From positions 6,262,001-6,326,000 of the forward strand of contig OX337228.1 of assembly GCA_946965045.2 (NCBI GenBank): DNA of 64,000 nt, in the 5' to 3' direction. Under the pieces are notes generated by a model. That model was not told where the DNA came from and did not search any database. It saw only the letters and a list, made by a program, of their open reading frames with translations. Source of the stretch: Epithemia pelagica (taxonomy: Eukaryota; Protista; Bacillariophyta). The position numbers were made by a program, and so were the translations under genes. This document shows positions 24,692-35,957 of the stretch, one piece after another (the stretch's first letter is position 1; every line of letters begins with the position of its first letter).

Positions 24692-25550
24692 ATGATGATG
24701 AAAGAAGGCAGAATCTCTGATACTTTGCGACCGATTCGGCTTCCCATACTAAGCGTTTGGGTCGTTGTATTCCAATCGTCGGTGTTCCCCTTTGGACAGG
24801 CCTATATCCACCATTCTGCTTCTCAAACATGCCGATCTTTTGCTTCCGCCATCCAGCATCGCCCAGGTCCTCCGAATCCAACCGTGGTCACGTCTAGGGC
24901 AACTCCAACCCCATTGACTGTCATGAAGTCGCAGTTCAGCGGAGACTCCATCAACACCACCCAAAGTCAAAACCACGAGAGCATGGACACCTTGTTGATG
25001 ACACTGCTTACCCCAGTGAAGGAATGCAATGCTCGTCGAATGTCATCGACTGATTTGGCCTATATTGGCGATGTGGTATACGAATTGCTGGTTCGGTCAC
25101 AGTTTGTATGGCCATCTAGAAGAACCAAAGATCTACAAAATCAAGTCGTTGCCCTTGTAAGAGGTAGGTCCCATAGTCTCTTTGTGTGATTCATGCTTTC
25201 TATTATGGAGGGGAAAGGAACAAAGAGGTGAATCATAACGTATTGACATCAATATTTGTCCTTGCATTCTTTTTCTCAATTCGTTCCATGACCAATAATT
25301 CCCAGCCGAGTTCCAGGCAGATTTGTTGACCCAGCTACGATCCTCCTTCAATTTGACCGCGTCGGAAAAGGCGATTCTTTCTCGTGGACGCAATGCAGTC
25401 AGCGGATCTCGAAATCGAAAGTCCAACCCTGTAGCATACCAAGATGCCACTGCACTCGAAGCCCTTATTGGTTTTCTCTATGTGGATGATCGAGCGCGAT
25501 GCGCTGATCTACTCGAATGGATTCGACCACGCCTATTGACCATGGACTGA
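24692..25550 (+). CDS. Mini-ribonuclease III, likely plastid-targeted
   Basis: Exon 24692-25163, intron 25164-25305, exon 25306-25550. LAYIGDVVYELLVR, VR-AEFQA, RGRNA, YQDATALEALIGFLY. Signal peptide ending GQA-Y. Confidence 0.88.
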
Positions 25551-25962
25551 AACATATATATCTCGCAACACAACTACAGCGGACAAATACTGATTCCAAA
25601 ATCTCTGACGAATTTCGCTGCCGCAATTGGAAATTCAGTGGGTAAATCATGCAACTTTGGTTTTCGGTTTACCCGCCAGCACATTCGGATGTGTCGTGGT
25701 AAGGTGTCAACAAGACTTATCATGATGCTACAGGAGATTCGACACTATACAGCTGCCACAAAGATCAATCAACTAAGGTGGGTACATGATCACCGTCAAC
25801 GCTTTAGTGAATTGCATTTCGTCATTGCGATACGAAAATACAAATGACGTTGCCTTTTAATGTTGAATGTATACTTTGAAACAACATGCTTTTTAATCCA
25901 TCGTACATCCCTCTAGCCCACATGTACACAGCGAGATTGCCGCATCTTACGTAATCGCATGT

Positions 25963-26972
25963 TCATTTGCCGTTGCTCACCAGGAATACCAGAGCTACAT
26001 AAAGTCCCAGTACCTGGAAGGCAAATGCCACAAACCAAAATTGAACACCAACACATCTCGGATGACAACACGGCCACATTTGATGGCATGCAACGGCATC
26101 ACTCCCATCTGCTGTTCTTGTTACCAAATCTATATGTGTGAAGCGATGATACAACAAGAAACGATAGAGTGTTGCGTGTGAGAGTCGTACAAATAAGCGT
26201 GCTTCGACAGGCAGTCGCAGTGAATTGTAGTTCATACCATCGTAGATATCGCAGACACTGTATATTCCAATAAACACTCCAAAGAAAAGAGTCACATACT
26301 CCAAAAATGGGTCAAACACAAACCATTCGATGAATATGCAAAAGAGTAAGAGAACTCCGAATCCAAGCGAAATGAAAACGACTGTCTTGTTTGGGTCGTG
26401 ACTAGCATCATGTCATGAAACGAACGAAGGTGAGCAAAGGAAGATGTCACAATTGGTCCGTCAGCAATGTGAAAACAAAAGACTTACAACAGAGACACAA
26501 ACAGAGCAAAGAGGATTAAACTGGCGACAACTGTGGCGCCAATTCGTGAGCCAGACATGGCCACAAACAATCCACCCCAAAAGGCGGCGCCAACATAACC
26601 AGCGGGAATGACGCAACATCTCCATCCACCCGAATAGCCTGTGATACCTCCCTCGTTGTCGTAGACTTCAATCTTTTTCACTTTTCCTCCCGTCATCCAG
26701 CATGCTGGCGCAATAGAATTGAAAAGGATATTCCATGAGCTATACATGCGCAAAAGGTATCACTGGACATGGAGAGTTGCTTTTCGTCGATAGCATGGTG
26801 TTATCTCACCTGAGGCGTGTCCAAACTCATGTACAAAGACAGCCAATAATCGCATCGGTTTCATAACTGTCCATGAATTGATGAAGATGAAGACTAAAAC
26901 ATAACATGCATAGAAAACCAAAAAGATGGATTCTTCGGCCCCACAACAGCCGGATAGATCCCACTGCGCCAT
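25963..26972 (-). CDS. Peptidase M50B-like membrane metalloprotease
   Basis: Four exons (introns 26809-26705, 26487-26402, 26237-26130, all GT-AG and frame-consistent). HEFGH zinc motif, PAGY, YSVCDIYDD, several TM segments. Confidence 0.88.
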
Positions 26973-27755
26973 CGTGAAAGTACTGAACTTCGTCAAGTAA
27001 TAAATTCAAGTAAGGAGTGTACCGAGTTCCAGATTCGTTCTGGTATCCTTGTTGCCGTCGGGAGCAGATCTTTGAATTGCAATGGGGAATGGTATCACAA
27101 AAGAAAAACGAGAGACATTTTGTTGGGGGTCACGAGTCACGAACGCCTTTGGGTCGTTTTTATTGAATGACTCTTTGACTGCGACTGCAATCGTGCCCTT
27201 CCGCCGCGTTCGCGCCCAAAAGTCAAATGATATTGGCGCTCACGCATGCGCTTTCATGCTCGTGTTTCCCCCCTTCCTGCAAAGAGCAAGCCACATCCAA
27301 AAAGTGGCCCGAGAGTCGAGAGAGATGTTGTGAAGGTACTTTGGAGCCTATACTGAGCACTGTTGAACGGGATACTCCGTTGCGCACAATGGGGGGATGT
27401 CTTGCCCTCGCAAATCTCACGCGCCTTTTTGTTATCCGTTTAAACGAGAGCAGCACGCCAAGACAACAACGAACCTCTGCAGACACATTCATTCCCCTCA
27501 CATAATTTCAAACCTGAAAACCTGGATTACAGAATAGCTGTTGTTGTTGTCGATCGAAGTATCGAGGACAATTGCGTCAAACAAGGCCGTCAAAGACCTG
27601 ACAAGAGCATACGGAAAAGAGGAGTCTTGAGTTACACAACCACTGGATTTCGCGCGATTCACAAAGAATCTGCAGCGATCCACAATCAAGTTCCCTCTCG
27701 TAACCACTAAGAAGGATTTCCAGGTATCCCCCCTCTCCAGAGTTTCTTTGTAAGC

Positions 27756-29535
27756 ATGTCTTCTTTATCTTCAACGTCGGAGTGCATCCGTCAATCAGCA
27801 ACTCATATAGACCATGTATCGGAGCGAAGTGCTCGTGCTCAACGAAGAGCAGCGCTCAGAGACTCGGACTATACACCCCCCGAAGTGAAAGGCGTTCTCA
27901 AGAGAGCAGCTCCTCGCCACGAGATACCTTCCTCTCGAAATGATCGGCCTGGGCCTTCTAAAAAGACACGCATGGCGGATAGTGACGACCATTCCGCCCC
28001 GCAAAGAGACCCATACATACTACGATCAACTGTATCACGTATGGCGGCCGCTCGGAAAGGGGACTCCTCCTCTTTGTCCGTACCCTCAGAAGAAAAGGGC
28101 CAGACTCGTGCCACAGCAACTGTCACTCCTGCAGCACCACGGAGACAAATCGACTTCTCCAAGGAATGCAATAGTGACTCATCGGTTTGTTTGCCCCATG
28201 GCGTGGTGAACATTTTTCCGCGTCTCAACGACCCTGCCACATGCATTTGTCTCACAGAACCCCAGAGAGCCAACTTGGGAGCTTGCCACGCTTGGCCTCT
28301 CTTTCAGGCACAATATGGAGACGAGCAACTAGGTATTTTGCGTCGCAAAGAGCGTGAACAGTACCTCAGCCACTGGAAGCCCGCTGCCACTGTGACATCT
28401 CCAGAATCTCAAGATTCACCCTCCAGCGAATGCACACCCTGGACACCGGGTTGGGACGAAGATGATGACGCCGAACTTATATCGTTACTGTTGCGGGTAC
28501 CTCAGCCTGAAGCAATGTTTCTGGAACCAAACGACGACAATTTTGAAGCCCAGCCTCTCTTGACCCCCCGTATGCGAGCTGTACTCATTTCTTGGCTCGT
28601 GGAAGTTGGTGTCGAGTTCAATATAAGCGATGCAGCGTTTCACTTGGCAGTTTCGATTCTCGATCTTGTTCTTCGGATCAAAGCGAAACGACAAGCGACG
28701 CAGCATGATGATCTGGATGAACTCGATTCACCCTGTTTCAATACAGGGGAAAAGAGATCTGAAGGATATTTTCTCATTCAAAAAGAAGACTTGCAAGCTG
28801 TTGGATGGTACGTCATGTGCAGCTCATGGAATCTACAGCATTACAAATTTCCCTTTCTCACATGTTCTCCGTTGTTTCGTGATCCTCAGTGTGTGTTCAT
28901 GGTTGGCCAGCAAGTTCGAAGATCACAAACCACCATCTCAAGAAGATTTTTCATTCATTAGTGACCATTCTGTCAGCACAGGAAAACTGCGGAGGATGGA
29001 ATTCCGACTGTGTCGTCTCCTTGATTTCAATCTTAGTCGCTTGACTCCCTTTCATTTCCTGAATACGTTCTTGCGCGCATCCAATGCCTGTCCATGTCGG
29101 ACATGTGAATACGAGAATCCGATTCTTCGAGAAATGGTGAATTATCTACTTTGTCTCGCTCGTCTCCCATGCGAGCTCATGGATACAAGACCAAGCTTGG
29201 TGGCGGCCGCTGCCCTGTACCTTGCCCGGGCGACTCTGAACATTCGCAACCCTGTCAACCACTCTTCTTCCCAACGAGACTATCCACACACGTACTGGTC
29301 CCCAACCCTGGAGCATTACACCAACTACACTCCCACGCATCTCCGCCGTTCCGTGTTGTTGATTTACCGATACCAATTGCAAGCCCAGCAATTGGAAATC
29401 GCGGCTTACCAAAAATACAAAGACACGAGCAAATATCGCGTGGCGCTCAAGACGGCACGGCGTTTGGAAGACTTGGATTTGCCAGGCATGACTCTCACTC
29501 ACGAGGACTGGAATCTCACGGACTCACCGTGGTGA
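27756..29535 (+). CDS. Cyclin (A/B-like cyclin box)
   Basis: Exon 27756-28807, intron 28808-28889, exon 28890-29535. MRAVLISWLVEV, DLQAVGC-VCSWLASKFED, MEFRLCRLLDFNL, RPSLVAAAALYLAR. Confidence 0.9.
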
Positions 29536-29768
29536 GTCCACGTCGTTTTCGACAATCTTGGGCCTACTAGGTGGTACCCATGGCCGCCATTGCATGGTTT
29601 GACCGCAAACCTATCGGTTACAGCACTACCGACGTGTTATAGGGGACAGCATTTCTGGGTAGCGTTGTTCTCCAGAGAGCTACTGTTGATCTAATGTTGA
29701 TATAAAGGGAACGCTTGAACTGCTCTTGTGTTTTAAACTAGGATACTGGTGTGATACTATTTTCAAGA

Positions 29769-30527
29769 TTATTTTCGCAATCGAAGAAGCAAACCTTTGT
29801 TTCCCTTGATCTTCTTTTGCAATTGGATGAGCCCAAACAGCAAGGCTTCCGCGGTAGGAGGGCAACCTGGCACGTAAATGTCTACAGGAACAATTCGATC
29901 ACAGCCACGTACAACCGAATAAGAATAATGATAATATCCACCTCCATTAGCGCAAGATCCCATACTGACAACCCACCGTGGTTCGGGCATTTGATCGTAC
30001 ACCTTTCTGAGGGCGGGCGCCATCTTGTTTGTCAGGGTACCCGCGACAATCATCACATCGGATTGACGTGGTGAGGCACGGAACACCATACCGAATCGGT
30101 CCATATCGTACCGAGAAGCAGCAGCGTGCATCATTTCTACAGCGCAACAGGCAAGACCAAACGTCATGGGCCACAAGGAGCCCTTACGAGCCCAGTTGGC
30201 CAAGTCATCCACACGAGACATGGCGTATTCCACATTGTCACGGACCGGGACACCAGCACCACCGGTAAAGACTTCCTCAACATTGTCGAGTTTTCCAAGC
30301 TGTATTGGTGAAAGCATTTGAGAGAAACTTGGATGAGAACATCATGGTATGAATATCACAAAGGCTTGAAACAGAAAGGTTCAACCCCGAGAACGCGGCC
30401 GCAAATTGAATCGGAATCTTACAGCAGAAGTTTCGGAACGGGCCGTTCCTACGGCTCGAACCGCTGTTGAAGCGACGGCATTGGGCTTCATCAACGCCGC
30501 TTTGCGAATGAAGGTAGAAGAAAGCAT
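29769..30527 (-). CDS. NDUFS7: NADH:ubiquinone oxidoreductase PSST subunit, mitochondrial
   Basis: Presequence exon 30527-30423, intron 30422-30300, exon 30299-29769. [27 protein letters not shown]. Confidence 0.97.
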
Positions 30528-31414
30528 GATGGCTGCAACGTTTCTTGACAATGGTCTTCTTGGACTCTCCTTGACAACAGCGGCGCTCCGAACACGTTGA
30601 TACGGAGCGGCGAACAGAAAAATCACCAAACGCTGACATCAGCAGAACCAAAAGCAAATTCACAGAAACTTTTGCAAAGAAAACATCGAACATTTGAAAG
30701 GAAATGAGTCGTGACAGGACTTACAGCGACATTACCTTCCAGAAATGATGACATATCAAGGACATGAATACGGTACTCACATCATCGAAGATTCTGGAGT
30801 GCGATGTGCGATTGACTGAATTTCGGTGGCCAAAGAATCGCCCGTTAGCAATCCCATTTCGATTTAACGGTCGTCAGCAGTGCAATGACTTCGTCGGGTT
30901 CACTGAACCAGTCGACGCGACCGGCGGGAGCGGGAAACTCGGATGCACATACATGATACGCGCGTGCCATTCCAAGGAGGAATTGTTGAGCCGGGTCGGA
31001 GTATGGATTTGATTTGGAGAGTCGCATGGTCACCTTTCTTCACGCGGACCTTGCAAAGAGAATTACAGACTTTTTGGTTTTCGGTGGAGTCGGCACGCTT
31101 TGTTGTGGCGCTTGGATGGTGAGAGTCGACGGTGACGGTGGGCTTTTGGTGGGCTAGTCGTAACTTTTAGGCATAGCCGCTGCTCTCTAACACGACACGT
31201 TATAACTTATTCGTGAAGCAGTACGCCGGTATCCAAACAGACATCGATTGACGAGCGTCGACCGTATCAGGGCTGGCATTACGGAAGAGCGGATTGGTTC
31301 ATGCGACTATAGGAAGATAAATAGACCACAAACAATCTGCAAAGTGTTACCCTTCATCTCTGACCTATCACTGGCTCGAAAAGTCGCCCCATCAATCCAC
31401 ATCACGGAGAAATC

Positions 31415-34186
31415 ATGAAGCTGTTGCGTAGAAGTTCTCGGAACGACTCGGTGCATAAAACATCACGGGTGGAATATGTTTCACCGGTGAAAGACAGTTC
31501 TTCGGAGGAGAGTGAGGAAGATCAGCACCCCATGCTTGGGTTTGTGGAGGGTGACAAGCCCTATGTGTTGAAATTATCGAACAATGGCAAGCAAGAACAA
31601 AGTTTGACGGAACAAAACGTGAGAACGTCCAATCGCAGAAGCAGCAGTGGACGTCTCTCCCTAAGAAATGATGCAGGAGATTCAGAGCCTGGTTCGAAAT
31701 CATCTGGACACATGGGAAGAGGCGAACAGATCCAACAAAGATCGAGTCATCGCGCTCGAAGTCGCAGCCGTGGAAGAATCAAGAAAAGGGACCCCTTACT
31801 CGAGGAATCGGCTGTGGACTCTTACAACAATATGAGTGTCGAAGAGTCTTCAAGGCGGGACAAACAAATTCACTTGGCTTCCGATATTTATCAACATTTA
31901 GGATCGGACGTTCCTCGGTCGCGGAAGAGTAAGAAGAGCATCGCACCCATGCCAACCTTGAATGAGGCCACCACGGAAGAAGATGAGAGCACCACAGCTG
32001 GAGCCAGTTTTCGGAACCTCAGTGAGGATGACGAACCCTCATCTTCATTTGATTCTTGGGACGAAACACAAATGAGTTTCGATGATCAACAGCAACCGCC
32101 TCCTCAACAGCAGGAAGTCAAGGCCCCTGTCCAGCCAACGGTCATGCAGTTGCTGGCCATGGACGAGCATGGCAAAGCTTGTGAGCAAATTAAAGGCCTC
32201 ATATCCGACGCACGCAGCTTGGCGGCCGAAGGGCGGGAGGAAGACGCTATACAGACGTACAAGCGCGCCCTTCAAATAGGACGACAGGATGTACATCGTA
32301 TTAAAGCACAACTGACGAAAAAGTGCAGTCTCACGGAAAAGTTTTATGACTTGTGGCTCGAAATCGGAGTTTTGCTTGCGGAACTTCGAACCAGTCAAGC
32401 TAGTTTGCATGAACTGTTAATGGATTACAGTCACGCCACATCGTGCGTCCAAGAAGCCATGAGCATTTATCGAAGACAGGCGGCGTTTTACAAACCAAGA
32501 TCCAAAGAAAAGGCCCTTGGTACGTTGAAAATAATGCAAAGCTTGGAAGCAATAGCCACTCGGATCGAAACGGCCAACAAACATGATAGCAAGCGGAAAC
32601 AAATGCACGAATCTATATTGCAGTATCAACGGAACGCTGCAGCAGCCACAAACCATACCGAAAAGCTTCAAGCACACAGAAAAATGGAGGAGACATCCAA
32701 AAGTCTTCGAGCGCTCGAAACGGCTGTATATGGAGAGCATCATCCTCTTGTTGCCGATAGCAATTCATTGCTCGGAGCGATTGCCTTGGAACAAGGGAAC
32801 CCCGAGGCTGCCGTTGTTTGTATGAAGCAGGCGCTCCTCATAATGAAGAAAGTACTCGGCATGAAGCACCCCAGAACTGGAACCAAGTTGCTTCACCTGG
32901 CGTCTGTATACGCCAGTCAGGGTCAAGATCTAGCTGCAATTGATCACTACAACATGGCTGTCGCCGTGTTTCGGTCCTGCAGTGCTGACAAACTGGTGGG
33001 TTCCACTCTCAATGATACGGCAGTGATACACATTCGACGAAAAGAATTCGACAAGGCCATACAGCTGCTTCGTGACTCCCTGGAAGCGTACAAGTCCGAT
33101 AACTCTTCCTGGGATACAGTTCAAGTGTGGAGGAATCTAGGAGAATGTTATAGTCAACAGAGAGAGTTTTTGGAAGGAGCATCGGCTCTCGTCAACGCAC
33201 TCAATGTACAACGAGAGGGACGAACGCTTTTGGACAATTCATCCACAGAAGCCGGGGAAAACCTTCCTCCTCTTCATTTGGTTGAAGATGCGGCCATTGC
33301 AGACACATTGCGACGACTCGGCAAGGCGTACTATGCTGCCCGCAAATATGAATCCGCCCTTTCGTACTACAAGGAAGCATGTCTCATTCACAAGGCTGAA
33401 GTGAAGAAGGTAGTACAGGTGTCAAAAACAAGATCAAATTTGAGCTTACCTGTCCGTCAAGATGAACTGGCACAGACCATTTACTGCATGGCGGAGTTGT
33501 ACGATCATACAGGCGAGTACGACCAAGCCGCCAAACTGTACTCGGAAAGCCTCCAGCTCAGATTGTTCTCCGATGCCCACAAAGAAACCCGCTCCAATAT
33601 GGTCCACTGTGCCATGTGTCTATACGGCCTAGGTGGCATTCACTTGAAGGGAGGGGAAGTTTCAGAAGCCGTGAATGTCATGGAACAGGCAATGGAATTT
33701 TGCAAGGCACACGGTGTTACAGAAGGACATGTCATTCATATGACCATTCAAGCACGGTTGGAGGAAGCAGAGCGGAGCTTGAAGGAACAACAAGAAAAGG
33801 AATCTCCGCCTCCGCTTGATGTTGCGACTGATTCAGCCGTGGGGGAGTCGGATGACATCAAGGCCCTTGAGCTGAAGGCTTCGGAAGCCATCAGACAGGG
33901 AAACCTTGAAGAGGCCATTTCTATGTATACAACATCCATGCAACGAAGAAAACTCTTGTTGCAGAGTCTAAAAGAAAAGGGGGACAAGGCATTGACCGTA
34001 AAGTACGACACAGCCTGTACTCTTTACACTTTTGGGAAAGCCCTGGCCATGCGTGGGGATTACACAAGCGCTGAAAAGGCCTTCAAAGACTCACTGAAAC
34101 TACTCAAAAAGAGCGGTACAAAGGATTCGAAGATTGTGTTACAAATATGCGGGGAGCTGCAAAAGATGGTTGGCATGGGTGCATAG
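31415..34186 (+). CDS. Large TPR-repeat protein (kinesin light chain/nephrocystin-3-like repeats)
   Basis: Intact 923-aa ORF. YGEHHPLVADSNSLLG, LGMKHPRTG..LHLASVY and further TPR-like helices. Confidence 0.85.
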   Translation: MKLLRRSSRNDSVHKTSRVEYVSPVKDSSSEESEEDQHPMLGFVEGDKPYVLKLSNNGKQEQSLTEQNVRTSNRRSSSGRLSLRNDAGDSEPGSKSSGHMGRGEQIQQRSSHRARSRSRGRIKKRDPLLEESAVDSYNNMSVEESSRRDKQIHLASDIYQHLGSDVPRSRKSKKSIAPMPTLNEATTEEDESTTAGASFRNLSEDDEPSSSFDSWDETQMSFDDQQQPPPQQQEVKAPVQPTVMQLLAMDEHGKACEQIKGLISDARSLAAEGREEDAIQTYKRALQIGRQDVHRIKAQLTKKCSLTEKFYDLWLEIGVLLAELRTSQASLHELLMDYSHATSCVQEAMSIYRRQAAFYKPRSKEKALGTLKIMQSLEAIATRIETANKHDSKRKQMHESILQYQRNAAAATNHTEKLQAHRKMEETSKSLRALETAVYGEHHPLVADSNSLLGAIALEQGNPEAAVVCMKQALLIMKKVLGMKHPRTGTKLLHLASVYASQGQDLAAIDHYNMAVAVFRSCSADKLVGSTLNDTAVIHIRRKEFDKAIQLLRDSLEAYKSDNSSWDTVQVWRNLGECYSQQREFLEGASALVNALNVQREGRTLLDNSSTEAGENLPPLHLVEDAAIADTLRRLGKAYYAARKYESALSYYKEACLIHKAEVKKVVQVSKTRSNLSLPVRQDELAQTIYCMAELYDHTGEYDQAAKLYSESLQLRLFSDAHKETRSNMVHCAMCLYGLGGIHLKGGEVSEAVNVMEQAMEFCKAHGVTEGHVIHMTIQARLEEAERSLKEQQEKESPPPLDVATDSAVGESDDIKALELKASEAIRQGNLEEAISMYTTSMQRRKLLLQSLKEKGDKALTVKYDTACTLYTFGKALAMRGDYTSAEKAFKDSLKLLKKSGTKDSKIVLQICGELQKMVGMGA

Positions 34187-34404
34187 ACTATCCTCTGTTG
34201 AGTGGTATCAGCTAGAGCGGTTTGAGAGATTTATCAATAGAATACGAGCATAATGCTTTTGTAGTTAAAAGCTTTCGCTTCCTTCTCGTTGCAGAGCATA
34301 CGAAACGCTCGGGTTCATGCTCTGTAGAACAACCAAAATTTGCTTTTATGTGTTTGTGTCCACTCCATGGAATTGTTATCAAATTCTTCGAGCTCCCCTT
34401 CGGA

Positions 34405-35679
34405 CTATGAAGCGGGGTACTCTGTCTCTGACTCTCCATGCCATTCTACGATTACTTCAGCTAGATCCGCAAAGCGATCCACGACAGCGTCAGCGAATTC
34501 ATTTTGAAGAGACTGTGCCAAGAAGTCTTCCGCACCAATTTCCATTTCAACCACTTTCATGCTGGAGACTTCCTTAACCAAATCCTCAACTGTGCGCTGT
34601 GGTTCCTGGCTACGCTCCAATGATGACGTATCAACCTTTTGAACCTTTCCCTGAACAAGCTCCTTTACCCAAATACTTCTCATGTTTAAGCTCTTTGCTG
34701 CCACAATATCCTTTACAAAATCATCGCCGACATGGACCCACCACGGGCCTATCACATCTTCCAAAGCACCATCCGTCACCGAATCTGAGTGGGCACTCTC
34801 AAACTCAAGACCCATGACTTCATGAAATTCCTCATCCAACAAAATCTCTCGAAAAGCTTGCAAATATATCCGTTTGTCCGGTTTTGCCACTCCAACTTGT
34901 TCGGCATTTACGACAAAGTCGAAAATTCCTGCCAGGCAGTCAACCAGATCAGGGTTTGAGTTGCCATCCGTGACGGCACCAATCTTAACCTGGGTTCCTG
35001 TCGAAGATTTGATACTAGAAAGTAACTTCATGGTCTCGGCTACATCTGCAGCCAGATTCGACTCAATCGCAGCATGCCTCGCCTCAACCCACACGGCAAA
35101 AGCCTCTTCAACAAGAGCCACGGCCTTTTCCATTGTGTATTCATTCTCTTGCTCCAAAATGGACTGGATAGCATCTTTTCGGAGCAAGGTCAAGAGGACA
35201 GGACCTTTGGAATTGTCAGGATCCTCAGGACAGTACTTTGCTTTGTCACTTGCGAAAAGATCCCCCATCACTTGTTCAGTGCGTCGAGTTTGAACAATTC
35301 CTTTCTCGTCCAGAAATACCGCCAACGCACTGTTGGCTGCATCAATCGTGGCCGATGTTTTCCACAGCGTGTTATCCAGATCAAAAGTTATGACTCGAAC
35401 TTGACTTCGGGTGTTTGGTCCCGAAGATACATCTGTATTTTCCATATCTACACTATCGAGAAAGAATTTGGCGTCTGGTGTGGATGGTCCGGCTTGATAC
35501 ATTCTTTCCCAACGTGATATATCTTCTGCCGAGGCTTCATCCGAAGAGAAACTTCGAACAGCGACCGATGATGCAGGTGAGAGTGGAGTATGTCTCCAGT
35601 TCCAGTTGTTTTCCAGTCTCCTAGAGTTCGAACTAAGGATGAATGCAATAGCTTTGTTGCGACATAGACTCCAACGCAT
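34405..35679 (-). CDS. HAD-superfamily hydrolase, probable organellar presequence
   Basis: Motif I FDLDNTLW, II VTDGN, III KPD, IV HVGDDFVKD. R/S-rich N-terminus. Confidence 0.88.
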   Translation of the reverse strand: MRWSLCRNKAIAFILSSNSRRLENNWNWRHTPLSPASSVAVRSFSSDEASAEDISRWERMYQAGPSTPDAKFFLDSVDMENTDVSSGPNTRSQVRVITFDLDNTLWKTSATIDAANSALAVFLDEKGIVQTRRTEQVMGDLFASDKAKYCPEDPDNSKGPVLLTLLRKDAIQSILEQENEYTMEKAVALVEEAFAVWVEARHAAIESNLAADVAETMKLLSSIKSSTGTQVKIGAVTDGNSNPDLVDCLAGIFDFVVNAEQVGVAKPDKRIYLQAFREILLDEEFHEVMGLEFESAHSDSVTDGALEDVIGPWWVHVGDDFVKDIVAAKSLNMRSIWVKELVQGKVQKVDTSSLERSQEPQRTVEDLVKEVSSMKVVEMEIGAEDFLAQSLQNEFADAVVDRFADLAEVIVEWHGESETEYPAS

Positions 35680-35957
35680 TTCCACAATTCATCAGCGCTC
35701 AAGATGGATGATGGAATGGATGAAAGAAATGCCAACCGAAAGAATGAGCCTCTATTCGTCAGTCGCAGAAAACTGGCATGCGTCTGCGTCAGCCATCGCG
35801 TGTATTATGACGTGTGTATTGTGACTCGAATGAGTCCCGTACGGACGGTCTATGGCTTTCGTCTACTAGAACGATAGTCAATGGAGCCATAGTCTATGGA
35901 GAGAGAAAATATTTGCTCCTTCTTGTTGGCTTGTGGATCGACAATGTCATCATTACC

